The notes: a model not told the origin generated them from the letters alone. A stretch of DNA of 64,000 nucleotides from an uncultured delta proteobacterium (GCA_963772835.1 CAVYYZ010000002.1:160001-224000), one strand, 5' to 3'. Shown: positions 18,896 to 28,643, numbered from the stretch's first letter. Numbers and translations are program-made.

Positions 18896-21871
18896 TTATC
18901 TGGATGGGGTTGTTATTGCCGCTTTGCGATTGGGGCGGGCTTTTGTCATTTTTGTAGTCTCGGTAACAGCCAGCGGTGCGGTCAACTGTTGATAGCGCTC
19001 GAACAGAAACGCCACCCGCTCGGCCTCAGTCTTGAAGGTGGTATTGCCATAGGCGGCATCAACAGCGCGATCAAGCGCCTGATGGGCCTTAACCAGCTCC
19101 GGCGGCATGGTCAGGGGATCGTAGAGATCGGCTAGGGTTGCGGTTCGACTCCGCTCACCGACCGGTCCCGCTCCCTGAGCGGAGTCGAAGGGAGAACTCA
19201 TGAATTTGGCGCGGGCGTCTAGGACGGCCTGCGCGGCGGTTTCGACATTCTCCCTCACCCGGCGCTCCGCGCCACCCTCTCCCGCTTGCGAGAGGGGGAT
19301 TTCCGGCCAGGGGAAGTTGTTGTAGACGATACCGGCAGAGTAGCGATAACGGCTTTCGAGACGTCCACAAACCGCCCGCATCCAGGCGTTGTGCATAGTT
19401 GAGGAGAGGATGCCGAAGTGGTAGAGGGTGGCGTTAGGAAGTATTTTCACTAGGTTGCTGCAAAATGTATCCGAAGTCAGAAATCCGCTAGGTATAAACT
19501 GCCGCCGCTCTGAGGACACTTCTGGGATTATCAGATAGTTGTCTTTTGGCATATTCTCGACATGAAACCGTGTCGGTGTTGCGGCTATCTTGCGAGTAGG
19601 GGCGCTCTTACTTTCGAGACGTACCAAGCGCACCGCTTCAACCCGCTTTAATGCCTCCGGCATGCGGCGCAGTTCTTCCGGAGGACAGTCCCCAAGCCAC
19701 AAACACCAGCGCTCGTAGCCGTTGATAAACTCGTAAGAGCCAAGCCAGCGCCGGAACCATTTTTCCGCAGCAGGTTCCAACTTGACAAATGCGTCCCTTT
19801 CTTCAGTGGAAAAGAGGTAGTTTCCACCGTCTATCGGTTTGTTGCCAATGCCGATTTCGGGAACACTACAAAGCGGTTTTGTGCGATTTTGCAGGGTTAC
19901 ATCCGGCCCATCCACCAGGTAGGGGTTGATATTACCGACTTTGACAGCATGCGGTTCGCTCTTGGGGGTGTCATAGTCGAAGAGCCATTTTTCTGTCACT
20001 TCCTGTAACCCGAAGCCGATGATGACGCAGTGTACAGCCGCTTTGCCACGTGCTTCGCTGTTCCATTGAAAGGTGCGGTGAGCAAAGTGAATACTGATTC
20101 CCCGGCGGAAGAGATCGGGCCAGAGGATGCCGACCTGCTCCCCTTGAGTGATGGAATTGGTGGAGACGAAGGCTGCTTTTATACTCCCCCTCCCTTGACG
20201 GGAGGGGGTTGGGGGGTGGGTGAAATCGCCAGTATCGTCACTGCTACCACTTCCCCCCCACCCTAACCCTCCCCCGCCGGGGGGGAGGGGATATATTTCT
20301 TCGGCACTCGCCATATACTCGGTCGCCTTGCGATACCAGCAGGCCACGTAATCCAGCACTCCGGCTCCCCTGGAACCGTGGAAAACAGCAGCGACCTCAT
20401 CTCGCTGGTTATTATCCAAAAACTTAGATCCCACAAACGGCGGATTCCCCAACAGATATGACAACTTCCAGGACGGCACCACATCATTCCAGTCAATCTT
20501 CAGGGCATTGCCATTAACAATATGCGGCGCCTTCTTGAGCGGCAGGCGGGCGAAGTACAGGCCGAACTCCTCCGATACTTTCAGGTTCATCTGGTGGTCG
20601 GTCAGCCAGAGCGCCACCTCGGCGATACGGGCCGGCCACTCCTCAATCTCAATGCCGTGGAATTGATCAACGTTGACGCCGATAAGCTGGAAAACATCCA
20701 GCATAAGCTGGTCGTTCTGACGCACCTGACGCAGTACTTCCAGCTCCAGCAGGCGCAGTTCACGGTAGGCGATAACCAGGAAGTTGCCGCAGCCGCAGGC
20801 CGGGTCGAAGAATGTCAGACGGGACAGTTTTTTCAGAAACTCGAAGAGCAGATTGCGGTTGCGCTTGATGCGATGGAATTCGGCCCACAGTTCATCCAGA
20901 AACAGCGGCCCGATCAGTTTGAGTATGTTGGTTTCGCTGGTGTAGTGAGCGCCAAGGTTACGCCGCGCCGTGGTGTCCATGATCGACTGAAAAAGCGAGC
21001 CGAAGATAGCTGGGCTGATGCGGCTCCAGTCCAGAGCGCAGCAGTCCAGCAGGGTTTCGCGCATGGCCCGGTCGCACGAGGTAATCGGCAGGACTTCGCT
21101 GAAAAGTTGACCGTTGACATAAGGGAAAGTTGCCATCTGTTCGTCAAGGGTTTTGGGGCGTTTTTCGGGCGAGGTGTCCAGCACTTGAAAGAGCTGCGCC
21201 AAGTGCATGCCGAGATCGCTGCCGTCTTCAGTGGTGCGCTGCTCCAGATAATCCTGAAACAGGCGGCGCTCAAAAAGTGCGGTATCCTCGGCAAACAGGC
21301 AGAACAACAGCCGGACCAGCAGTATTTCCAGGGCATGGCCGTTATACCCGGCCTCCTTGAACTGGTCGTGCAGCTTGCCCAGTTTTTCGGCGGCCAGCAC
21401 GTTGACCGGGTCCTGCTGGCCGAAGCTGCGGGTTTGGTAACCGGCGATGAAACCGAACAGACGGACGTGTTTGGAGAGTTCTGCTAGTGTAAAATCGTGC
21501 TGTTCGTTGCTGTCCAGATCAAATAACCGGAACCGCGCGAAATCTGAAACCAGCACATAGCGCGGCAGATCGCGTTCTTTCAGACCGGGAAAATAGTCAA
21601 ACGCCTGGCGGGCGGCACGTTCAAGATCCTTGCCGCGCGACTTGTGCTCGACCAGAAGCACCCCTTTCCAGAGCAGGTCAATAAAGCCGCCCTGACCATC
21701 ACCTTTCTTGACCGGCGCTTCAAAGGATGCCACCCGCCTTCTGGTTATACCAAATACATTGAAGAACCCGTCCCAGAAGCTCTTGGCTTCGGCATCTTCA
21801 GAGCTTTCCGAGGCCCATTCACGGCTGAAGGTCAGGGTGCGGTCACGTATTTCATTCCAGGAAAGCGGCAT
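18896..21871 (-). CDS. MmeI-like type IIL restriction-modification enzyme (endonuclease + m6A methyltransferase + TRD)
   Basis: D-x9-EHK nuclease motif (IDLLWKGVLLVEHKS), GAHYT, DPACGCGNF, GNPPF, AFVSTNSITQGEQ, YNNFPWP, LADLYDP, HQALDRAVDAAY. Confidence 0.9.
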   Translation of the reverse strand: MPLSWNEIRDRTLTFSREWASESSEDAEAKSFWDGFFNVFGITRRRVASFEAPVKKGDGQGGFIDLLWKGVLLVEHKSRGKDLERAARQAFDYFPGLKERDLPRYVLVSDFARFRLFDLDSNEQHDFTLAELSKHVRLFGFIAGYQTRSFGQQDPVNVLAAEKLGKLHDQFKEAGYNGHALEILLVRLLFCLFAEDTALFERRLFQDYLEQRTTEDGSDLGMHLAQLFQVLDTSPEKRPKTLDEQMATFPYVNGQLFSEVLPITSCDRAMRETLLDCCALDWSRISPAIFGSLFQSIMDTTARRNLGAHYTSETNILKLIGPLFLDELWAEFHRIKRNRNLLFEFLKKLSRLTFFDPACGCGNFLVIAYRELRLLELEVLRQVRQNDQLMLDVFQLIGVNVDQFHGIEIEEWPARIAEVALWLTDHQMNLKVSEEFGLYFARLPLKKAPHIVNGNALKIDWNDVVPSWKLSYLLGNPPFVGSKFLDNNQRDEVAAVFHGSRGAGVLDYVACWYRKATEYMASAEEIYPLPPGGGGLGWGGSGSSDDTGDFTHPPTPSRQGRGSIKAAFVSTNSITQGEQVGILWPDLFRRGISIHFAHRTFQWNSEARGKAAVHCVIIGFGLQEVTEKWLFDYDTPKSEPHAVKVGNINPYLVDGPDVTLQNRTKPLCSVPEIGIGNKPIDGGNYLFSTEERDAFVKLEPAAEKWFRRWLGSYEFINGYERWCLWLGDCPPEELRRMPEALKRVEAVRLVRLESKSAPTRKIAATPTRFHVENMPKDNYLIIPEVSSERRQFIPSGFLTSDTFCSNLVKILPNATLYHFGILSSTMHNAWMRAVCGRLESRYRYSAGIVYNNFPWPEIPLSQAGEGGAERRVRENVETAAQAVLDARAKFMSSPFDSAQGAGPVGERSRTATLADLYDPLTMPPELVKAHQALDRAVDAAYGNTTFKTEAERVAFLFERYQQLTAPLAVTETTKMTKARPNRKAAITTPSR
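19144..19189. repeat. palindromic element (TTCGACTCCGCTCA type) inserted in frame
   Basis: perfect 14-bp inverted repeat, 18-nt spacer; read within ...PFDSAQGAGPVGERSRT... Confidence 0.85.
19252..19298. repeat. palindromic element (CCCTCACCCGG...CCCTCTCCC type) inserted in frame
   Basis: hairpins GGCGC-TCC-GCGCC and CCCTCTC-N8-GAGAGGG; read as PLSQAGEGGAERRVRE. Confidence 0.75.
20184..20291. repeat. inverted doublet of CCCCTCCC-N5-GGGAGGGG palindromes inserted in frame
   Basis: two 9-bp stems with 5-nt loops (20186-20208, 20267-20289) in opposite orientation; read as PLPPGGGGLGWGG...THPPTPSRQGRG. Confidence 0.85.
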
Positions 21872-21910
21872 GGCGAGCCCTTAAAGATAATACTATGGAA
21901 AAGTGGCTTC

Positions 21911-21939
21911 AAAATAGCCGTGAAACACCAGGCCGTCAA
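21911..21939 (-). promoter_or_regulatory. sigma70-type promoter of the R-M gene
   Basis: TTGACG-N17-TATTTT. Confidence 0.5.
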
Positions 21940-22005
21940 GCGATATGGAACATAATAATATCACCCTGATTACAACATCGAATAACCAGTCTGGTAAACG
22001 TGCAG

Positions 22006-22347
22006 CTAAATAGCACCTTTTCCTCTTTCGTTAGTCCGAATCTTCACTACCTCATCAACTGTTGATACGAAAATTTTCCCATCACCGATATTACCGGTGT
22101 GGGCATACTTCTGGATTACGTTAACGACTTCATCAACCATCTCATCATCTACAACAACTTCCAGCTGAATGCGCGGCACGAATTCCACCATTTCGTAGAC
22201 AATCTTGTCTGCCGCATTCCGAGCCCTGCTTTTGCCAAAGCCTTTAATCTCGAAAATCGTCACTCCCGGCAAGCCCTCAATTTTATGAAGTTCCTCGGTT
22301 ACTTCCAGTAACTTTGACGGCCTGATTATCGCTTTTATCTCTTTCAT
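22006..22347 (-). CDS. P-II family protein (metal-efflux-linked type)
   Basis: MKEIKAIIRP, TGNIGDGKIFV, IRTNERG; directly after czcA. Confidence 0.92.
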   Translation of the reverse strand: MKEIKAIIRPSKLLEVTEELHKIEGLPGVTIFEIKGFGKSRARNAADKIVYEMVEFVPRIQLEVVVDDEMVDEVVNVIQKYAHTGNIGDGKIFVSTVDEVVKIRTNERGKGAI

Positions 22348-22375
22348 AAGGTTCTCCCGTTTCCTATCGATTAAA

Positions 22376-25300
22376 TTACATTTCCGCATCTTCATTCCTC
22401 TTTTCAAACCAGCTGTAGACCGATGGAATAATCAACAACGTAAGCAGCGTTGACGTTATCAATCCCCCGACAACAACTGTTGCCAGAGGTTTCTGGATCT
22501 CAGAACCGGTCCCGCTGGCAATCAGCATCGGAACCAGGCTGAAAATGGATATTGATGCAGTCATCAGCACCGGGCGCAACCTGTCGAGAGCTCCCTTTCT
22601 GATCGCTTCCGGTAATTCAAGCCCTTCGTCACGGAGTTGCGAGATGCGCGACACCAGCACAAGTCCGTTCAACACGGCAACACCGAACAGGACGATAAAG
22701 CCCACTGATGCAGGGACGGAGAGATATTGCCCTGATATATATAGAGCAAAAACACCGCCGATCAGCGCAAACGGCAGATTGGAAATTACCAGCAGCGCTA
22801 GGCTGATTGACCGGAACGAAACGTATAAGAGAAGCATTATCATGCCGATTGCAACAGGCCCAATAATCATCAACTTGTTCATCGCCCGCTGCTGGTTCTC
22901 GAATTGACCGCCCCAGGTTAGATAATAACCCGGGGGAAGTTTTACCTTCTCTTTGATCTTCTCCTTTGCCTCGGCAACAAAGCCGCCGATATCTCTGCCG
23001 GTTACATTCATCTCGATTCCGATTCTTCTGATGCCGTCCTGGCGGCTTATCTGAACCGGTCCTTCAATCATTTTTACTTCAGCTAACTGATCGAGCGGAA
23101 TGTTCATCCCCGTTTTTGTGGTGATAAGAATATTTTTGATGGTTTCCAGGGAATTTCTCTTTTCCTCCGGCAGGCGCACCGTTATGTCAAAGTTCCGGTT
23201 CTGTTCATAAAATTGAGAGGCCGATTTTCCGGCAACGGCAATTTCGATGACACTCTGGACATCGCTGATATTCAGGCCGTAGCGGGCAATTTTTGCCCGG
23301 TCGATGTTGACCGTTAGGTATGGCTGCCCGGAAACCTTTTCGGTATTTAAATCGGTTCCCCCCTTGACGGTAGAAAGAGCCTTGGCAATTTCAGCCGACT
23401 TGTCTCTCAGCACGTCGATATCTTCGCCAAACAGTTTGACAATCAATTGTGCCTTTGTCCCGGCGACAAGTTCATCAATCCGGCACTGAATCGGCTGGCT
23501 GAAGCCGAAAGAGATTCCCGCCACCGATTCGAGAGCCTTGCGCATCTCATTGGTAACCTCTTCTTTGGAAATGTCCCGTTTCCATTCGCTCTTCGGCTTG
23601 AATATCCCGACATAGCCGGTTTTATCCACCCCCCTGGTATCGAGCGCGACACCAGTTTGCCCGGTACGTGACACGACGATATCCAGTTCATCAAATTTTT
23701 TGAGCTTCTCTGCGGCAAGCTTGTTTACCTCCATCGCTTTCGCCATGGAGACACCGGGGAGCATGGAAACATCCATGTCGAACGACCCTTCATCCATGGT
23801 CGGGATAAATTCGGTTCCCAATCGTGTCACAAGAAACAGCGAGGCGACCAGGAACAGGCCGGCAATACTCAACACCACTCGCTTTTTGTTCATTGCATAT
23901 TCCAAAAGCGGCAGGTAGAGCCTGTGCGCATGCTTCATGATGAAGCTCTCTTGTTCCGGCTGCGGCTTCAGCAGGAGAGAGCAGAGAACTGGAATAATCA
24001 ATACCGAGATAAAGAGCGATGAAAGAAGCGCGATCGCAACGGTAATGGCGAGCGGTCCAAACATCTTACCTTCGATCCCTTCCAGAGAGATTATGGGAAG
24101 AAAGGTAATCGCAATTATCAATACCCCGAAAATGCTGGGCTTTTGCACCTCAATGACAGCTTTAAGCACCGCTAAAATTGGATTTTCATCCTTTTTCATT
24201 TCAGCAAAGTGCCGTTGAACATTTTCCACCGCAATTATTGTTGAATCCAGGATCATGCCGATGGAGATCGCGATACCGCCGAGTGACATCAGATTCGCGC
24301 TTAATCCGGCAATCTTCATGACAACAAATGTGACAAACAGTGACAGCGGCAAAGCGATCAGTACGACCAAGCTCCCTCTGATGCTTCTCAGCAATAAATA
24401 CAAAATGACGAGCACCAGAATAGCGCCTTCCAAAAGCGCCTTGTTTACCGTGTGTACGCTCGCGTTTATGATATCGCTTCTATCGTAATACGGAACCATC
24501 TTGATGCCGTCCGGCAGCATGTTGTTGCCATTTATTTCCCGCACTTTTTCATCCACCTGACGGACAACGTCACGGCTGTTTGCTCCGCGCAGCATCATAA
24601 CGATGCCGCCAACCGCCTCATCCTTGCCGTTCGTCATGGCGGCGCCCATCCGTACGGCTTCGCCGATTTTGACCTGCGCGACGTCACGCAGGTAGGTTGG
24701 TGTGCCTCCCTGGGATTTCAGGACGATATTATCTATATCGCTGAGATCCTTTATTAGTCCGACACCACGCACAATGTACTGGTCACTGCCCCGTTCGAGG
24801 ATATTGCCACCGACGTTTTGATTGTTGTTGCCGATGGCGGAATAGACATCGTCTACCGTTACGGCATATTTCAGCATCTTTTCCGGCGAGATAACAACCT
24901 GGTACTCCTTGAAGTAGCCGCCAAACGAATTGATTTCATTAACACCGGCTACGCCTTTCAACTGCGGGGTGATAATCCACTCCTGAATGGTGCGCAGGTT
25001 GGTCAGGTAAGCGATTTTCTGCTGCGGGTCAGTCGGAATCTTCCCTTCCAGGGTGTACTGATAAATCTCACCCATGGCGGTGCCGATCGGTCCCATGGCA
25101 ACTTCAACACCTTTAGGGACCTTCTCCCTCGCTTCCGCCAAGCGTTCAAATACAAGCTGGCGCGCAAAATAAATATCGACATTGTCCTTGAAAACAATGG
25201 TTACTATTGAAAGACCAAACTTTGTAACCGAACGCATCTGTTCAAGATCCGGCAATCCTCGCATTGCCATCTCAATCGGGTAGGTGACGTTCCTCTCAAT

Positions 25301-25480
25301 TTCAACCGCAGAGAGGCCATTTGCATGGCTTACAACCTCAACTTGAATATTTGTTACATCCGGAAAAGCGTCAATCGGTAATTTCAGATATGAATACGAT
25401 CCGAAAGCAATAATCAGCAGCGCAAGGAATATGACCATCCCTTTTTGCTTAATCGTATATGCAATTAGTTTTTCTAGCAT
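22376..25480 (-). CDS. czcA: CzcA-family heavy-metal RND efflux permease
   Basis: IDAFPDVTN, NLMSLGG, RLRPVLMTA, GSEIQKPLA. Confidence 0.92.
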   Translation of the reverse strand: MLEKLIAYTIKQKGMVIFLALLIIAFGSYSYLKLPIDAFPDVTNIQVEVVSHANGLSAVEIERNVTYPIEMAMRGLPDLEQMRSVTKFGLSIVTIVFKDNVDIYFARQLVFERLAEAREKVPKGVEVAMGPIGTAMGEIYQYTLEGKIPTDPQQKIAYLTNLRTIQEWIITPQLKGVAGVNEINSFGGYFKEYQVVISPEKMLKYAVTVDDVYSAIGNNNQNVGGNILERGSDQYIVRGVGLIKDLSDIDNIVLKSQGGTPTYLRDVAQVKIGEAVRMGAAMTNGKDEAVGGIVMMLRGANSRDVVRQVDEKVREINGNNMLPDGIKMVPYYDRSDIINASVHTVNKALLEGAILVLVILYLLLRSIRGSLVVLIALPLSLFVTFVVMKIAGLSANLMSLGGIAISIGMILDSTIIAVENVQRHFAEMKKDENPILAVLKAVIEVQKPSIFGVLIIAITFLPIISLEGIEGKMFGPLAITVAIALLSSLFISVLIIPVLCSLLLKPQPEQESFIMKHAHRLYLPLLEYAMNKKRVVLSIAGLFLVASLFLVTRLGTEFIPTMDEGSFDMDVSMLPGVSMAKAMEVNKLAAEKLKKFDELDIVVSRTGQTGVALDTRGVDKTGYVGIFKPKSEWKRDISKEEVTNEMRKALESVAGISFGFSQPIQCRIDELVAGTKAQLIVKLFGEDIDVLRDKSAEIAKALSTVKGGTDLNTEKVSGQPYLTVNIDRAKIARYGLNISDVQSVIEIAVAGKSASQFYEQNRNFDITVRLPEEKRNSLETIKNILITTKTGMNIPLDQLAEVKMIEGPVQISRQDGIRRIGIEMNVTGRDIGGFVAEAKEKIKEKVKLPPGYYLTWGGQFENQQRAMNKLMIIGPVAIGMIMLLLYVSFRSISLALLVISNLPFALIGGVFALYISGQYLSVPASVGFIVLFGVAVLNGLVLVSRISQLRDEGLELPEAIRKGALDRLRPVLMTASISIFSLVPMLIASGTGSEIQKPLATVVVGGLITSTLLTLLIIPSVYSWFEKRNEDAEM

Positions 25481-25526
25481 TGGTGTGCGTCTCCTGTTAC
25501 TTCATCTTTTTTTGATGATGGTGTCA

Positions 25527-26759
25527 CTATCCCTCCAGTTCGCCCTTTTTAAGTTCCGACTTCAGAATGAACGCCCCCTTGATGGCATAACGTTCTCCTT
25601 CCTTAAGACCGGAAACAATCTCAACCATGCCGCCTGCAGTGCGACCCGGTTCCACTTTTCGTGGTACGAATTCATCTCCTTTGTCATCCACAACGAAGAT
25701 CACCTTATTGCCGTCAACATCCTGAAGGGCCTCTTCGGGAACTGACAGGACCGCTGCTGCGTCAGCCGGTAACGTCAGTTCAACTGTGGCAAACATCTCC
25801 GGCTTCAACTTCCGACCTGGATTAGCAACCGCGACACGTGCCTTGACCGTACGGGTGGCTTCGTCAACCAGGTCGGCAATGTAAGTGATGCGACCCTTCA
25901 GTTTCTGGTCGGGAAAGGCGCTAACGGAAACAATTGCCGCTTGCCCCTTGTGCACTTTGGCCAGATCTTTTTCATGAATGTCCACCAGCACCCAGACTGT
26001 GGAAAGATCGGCCACAGTGTAGAGGCTTTTGGAAGGGTCTGAGAGCTCACCGACTATTGCGTGTTTCTCGGTGATGATGCCAGCGATTGGTGAACGGACC
26101 GGCAAAAACGGCTTTTTATGGTCTTCACCTTTGAGGTCGGATGTTGAAATACCGTACAAGGACAAGCGTTCCTCATCGGTGTGCAGCTCCGTCTGCGCGG
26201 TCTTGAAATCGGTTTCGGCCTGGAGGATATCCTTGCGGGCCGCAATTTTTTTCTCCACCAGGTGCTTGATCCGATCCATGTTGGCCTGCGCCAGGGCAAG
26301 CTTGGTCCTTGACTGGTGGTAGCGGCCCAGGGCTTCCCCAAGCTCAACGCTGTCGAGGGTTGCCAAGGCTTGTCCGGCGGAAACGCTGTCACCGAGGGAG
26401 GCACTGACGGCAACGATCTTTCCAGAGATGCGCGGCGATACGTGGGCAGTGCGGTCGGCGTTTGCCTCCACCTTGCCGGTGGCGCTGATCACGCCGCCCA
26501 TACGCTGTTTTTTTGCCGGAGCGACAACCACTCCGTTCTGTTTCTGCACCTCGGAGGTCATCTTGACACTGCTTGGGCCCTTCTTATCCTCCTGTTCCTT
26601 GCCTTCATCCTTGCTGCCTGTTTTTTCAACCTTTATGTCGGCTTCCTTCTTTTCGGCAGGCTCTCCGCCGCTGCTTTTGAGGTTGATTGAACGATAGAAA
26701 AACCCGCCACCCACAGCTACTGCCAGAATAAGTCCTATAATGATTACTTTCTTGTTCAC
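25527..26759 (-). CDS. czcB: CzcB-type periplasmic adaptor (MFP)
   Basis: N-terminal anchor, VADLSTVWV, DEATRTVKAR, LKPEMFA. Confidence 0.9.
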   Translation of the reverse strand: MNKKVIIIGLILAVAVGGGFFYRSINLKSSGGEPAEKKEADIKVEKTGSKDEGKEQEDKKGPSSVKMTSEVQKQNGVVVAPAKKQRMGGVISATGKVEANADRTAHVSPRISGKIVAVSASLGDSVSAGQALATLDSVELGEALGRYHQSRTKLALAQANMDRIKHLVEKKIAARKDILQAETDFKTAQTELHTDEERLSLYGISTSDLKGEDHKKPFLPVRSPIAGIITEKHAIVGELSDPSKSLYTVADLSTVWVLVDIHEKDLAKVHKGQAAIVSVSAFPDQKLKGRITYIADLVDEATRTVKARVAVANPGRKLKPEMFATVELTLPADAAAVLSVPEEALQDVDGNKVIFVVDDKGDEFVPRKVEPGRTAGGMVEIVSGLKEGERYAIKGAFILKSELKKGELEG

Positions 26760-28042
26760 TGCATACCTCCGGTAAGATCGATTGCTGCTACTGTTTCAAG
26801 TTTAATAAACGCCACGTGTCTGCCGTACAAAGCTGACAGATAACCATCATTGACCTCAAAAAATTTCTTTTGCTCATCTATGACCGAAAGAATACCCACC
26901 TCACCTAGCCGGTAGGCTTCCTGGATCAGCTTCAGGTTCTCGGTCAGTTGCGGGATGATACCCTGTTCAAACAGGTCAAGGATGCGTTCCGACGATGAGA
27001 GGCGCGATATGGCTGCCTCAACCTCGGCGGTTATCGTTCGTTCCAGCGCCAATCGGCGTGAGTCAGCGGCATCCATACGAGCATGAGCAGCAGCCCGGCC
27101 GCCACTGTTGCGGTCAAAGACCGGAATCGGCATTGACAGGCGCAACCCCAGCTGTGTATCGCTGCTCGTTGATGACAAGCCTCCCACCTCAACGGAGCCT
27201 CGCTGCCATTGGGCAAAGAGCCCAGCCGTGAGATTGGGAAGAGCCTCAGCTTTAGCGAGGCGATTCTCTGTTTCTGCTTTGTCGCGTTCAAGTGCCAGGG
27301 CCATGAGATCAGGGCGTGAGGCCAAGGCATGCTTTATAAAATCTTGATTTTTTGGTGATGGTATCGGTGCGGAAAGCTTGTCGGACAAATTGATGTCGTT
27401 TTCTTTCAGACCGGTCAAAGAGGCGATTTTTATGCGCAGCGAGATTCGCTCCCGCTCAATTTCAAGCAAACGATTTCCGGCACGGGCCAGTTCAACCTTT
27501 GCAAGGTTGAGTTCCAACTCGGGTATGTCGTCAGCCTTGAAACGCTCACCCGTAATCTTTACCAGCTCCTGATTAAGTGCAACCTGTCCTGCCGCCAGTT
27601 CTCTGCGTTTTTCAGCCAGAGCCAGATCAAGAGCCAGTGTGGCAACTTCATCTTTCAGCAGTCGCGCGGTGTTGTCCCGCTGCCGTTGCATCGCTTCGGC
27701 CTCACGCTGTGCCGCCTCGCGTCGCAGGCGCAGTTTGCCGTTCAGAGTGAATTCCTGATTTACGCCAATTGAAACGGAACGTTCTTCGGGGCTGCCGGTC
27801 AGAGTCCCGGTGACCCCTTGAAGTTCCAGGGTTGGGTTGCTGATCGTACCGGCCTGAATAGCCAGCGATTGTTTTGCAGCTGCTTCCTTTTCCAAAGCAG
27901 CCAGTTCGGCATTATGTTTCAGGGCCAACACAACTATTTCATTGATGCTGCGGGGAACCGGTTCGGCCAGTGCCGGCAGGCAGACAAGTGCCTGTAGAAA
28001 CAGAGCGGGAATGATTCCGCGCGCCAGTGTTGAACGTGTCAC
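26756..28042 (-). CDS. czcC: CzcC/TolC-family outer membrane factor
   Basis: signal peptide, OEP repeats, PIPVFDRN, AYRLGE; GTG start after GGAGG. Confidence 0.88.
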   Translation of the reverse strand: MTRSTLARGIIPALFLQALVCLPALAEPVPRSINEIVVLALKHNAELAALEKEAAAKQSLAIQAGTISNPTLELQGVTGTLTGSPEERSVSIGVNQEFTLNGKLRLRREAAQREAEAMQRQRDNTARLLKDEVATLALDLALAEKRRELAAGQVALNQELVKITGERFKADDIPELELNLAKVELARAGNRLLEIERERISLRIKIASLTGLKENDINLSDKLSAPIPSPKNQDFIKHALASRPDLMALALERDKAETENRLAKAEALPNLTAGLFAQWQRGSVEVGGLSSTSSDTQLGLRLSMPIPVFDRNSGGRAAAHARMDAADSRRLALERTITAEVEAAISRLSSSERILDLFEQGIIPQLTENLKLIQEAYRLGEVGILSVIDEQKKFFEVNDGYLSALYGRHVAFIKLETVAAIDLTGGMQ

Positions 28043-28140
28043 AGATGAACCTCCAGATTGATTAATATGCTACGGCAGGCGCGAATAGACACATACCGTA
28101 CGGGATGCGTTACTTTTGAATTATTGCGGGAGACGGGTGG

Positions 28141-28509
28141 TTAAACGGTGACTGAGTCGGGTGGAACGAAGAGGGAAAGATAGACCGCGGGTAAAAAATT
28201 GAATGAGGCAAACGTGTTCAAGTCCAGAATGATGGGGTTATAGCTAATCTGAAACGGCTGGATGGCCAGTGACGCATGACACACACAGTTCACACATTTG
28301 TCACACCCATCGTAATCGTTGTGCTGTTCGAGAGGGGCACACGGGCACTCGTGAGCCGCGGATATTTCAGGATTTGATGCCAGGCCGCGTGCTGCCGTCA
28401 CATCAGTTTGCATGGCATGCGCACATTCATGTGCACCATTTACCATGACAGTCAGCATGACCATGAGGAGAAGACGGGAAAAATATTTCAGGGATGTCTG
28501 TTTACGCAT
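28141..28509 (-). CDS. small exported Cys/His-rich protein (CzcI/DUF2946-like)
   Basis: signal-like N-terminus, HECPC, CDKCVNCVCH, C-terminal FVPP; first gene of czc operon. Confidence 0.7.
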   Translation of the reverse strand: MRKQTSLKYFSRLLLMVMLTVMVNGAHECAHAMQTDVTAARGLASNPEISAAHECPCAPLEQHNDYDGCDKCVNCVCHASLAIQPFQISYNPIILDLNTFASFNFLPAVYLSLFVPPDSVTV

Positions 28510-28518
28510 ATATTTCAG

Positions 28519-28547
28519 ATAATGTCTGACTCTACTCATACTGTCAA
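28519..28547 (-). promoter_or_regulatory. sigma70 promoter of czc operon, near-leaderless
   Basis: TTGACA-N17-CATTAT ending 9 nt before ATG 28509; no SD. Confidence 0.55.
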
Positions 28548-28643
28548 GAATCTTATTGAGGATTAAGTAGAGCATGCCATTCGGAAACCAGCGCTTTGAG
28601 AACACTATTCACTATTTCGCATACATAGTAGAAGTTGTTTTTC

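Noticed and set aside
20522..21487. 321-aa plus-strand ORF
   Set aside because: Antisense shadow within the GC-rich R-M gene.
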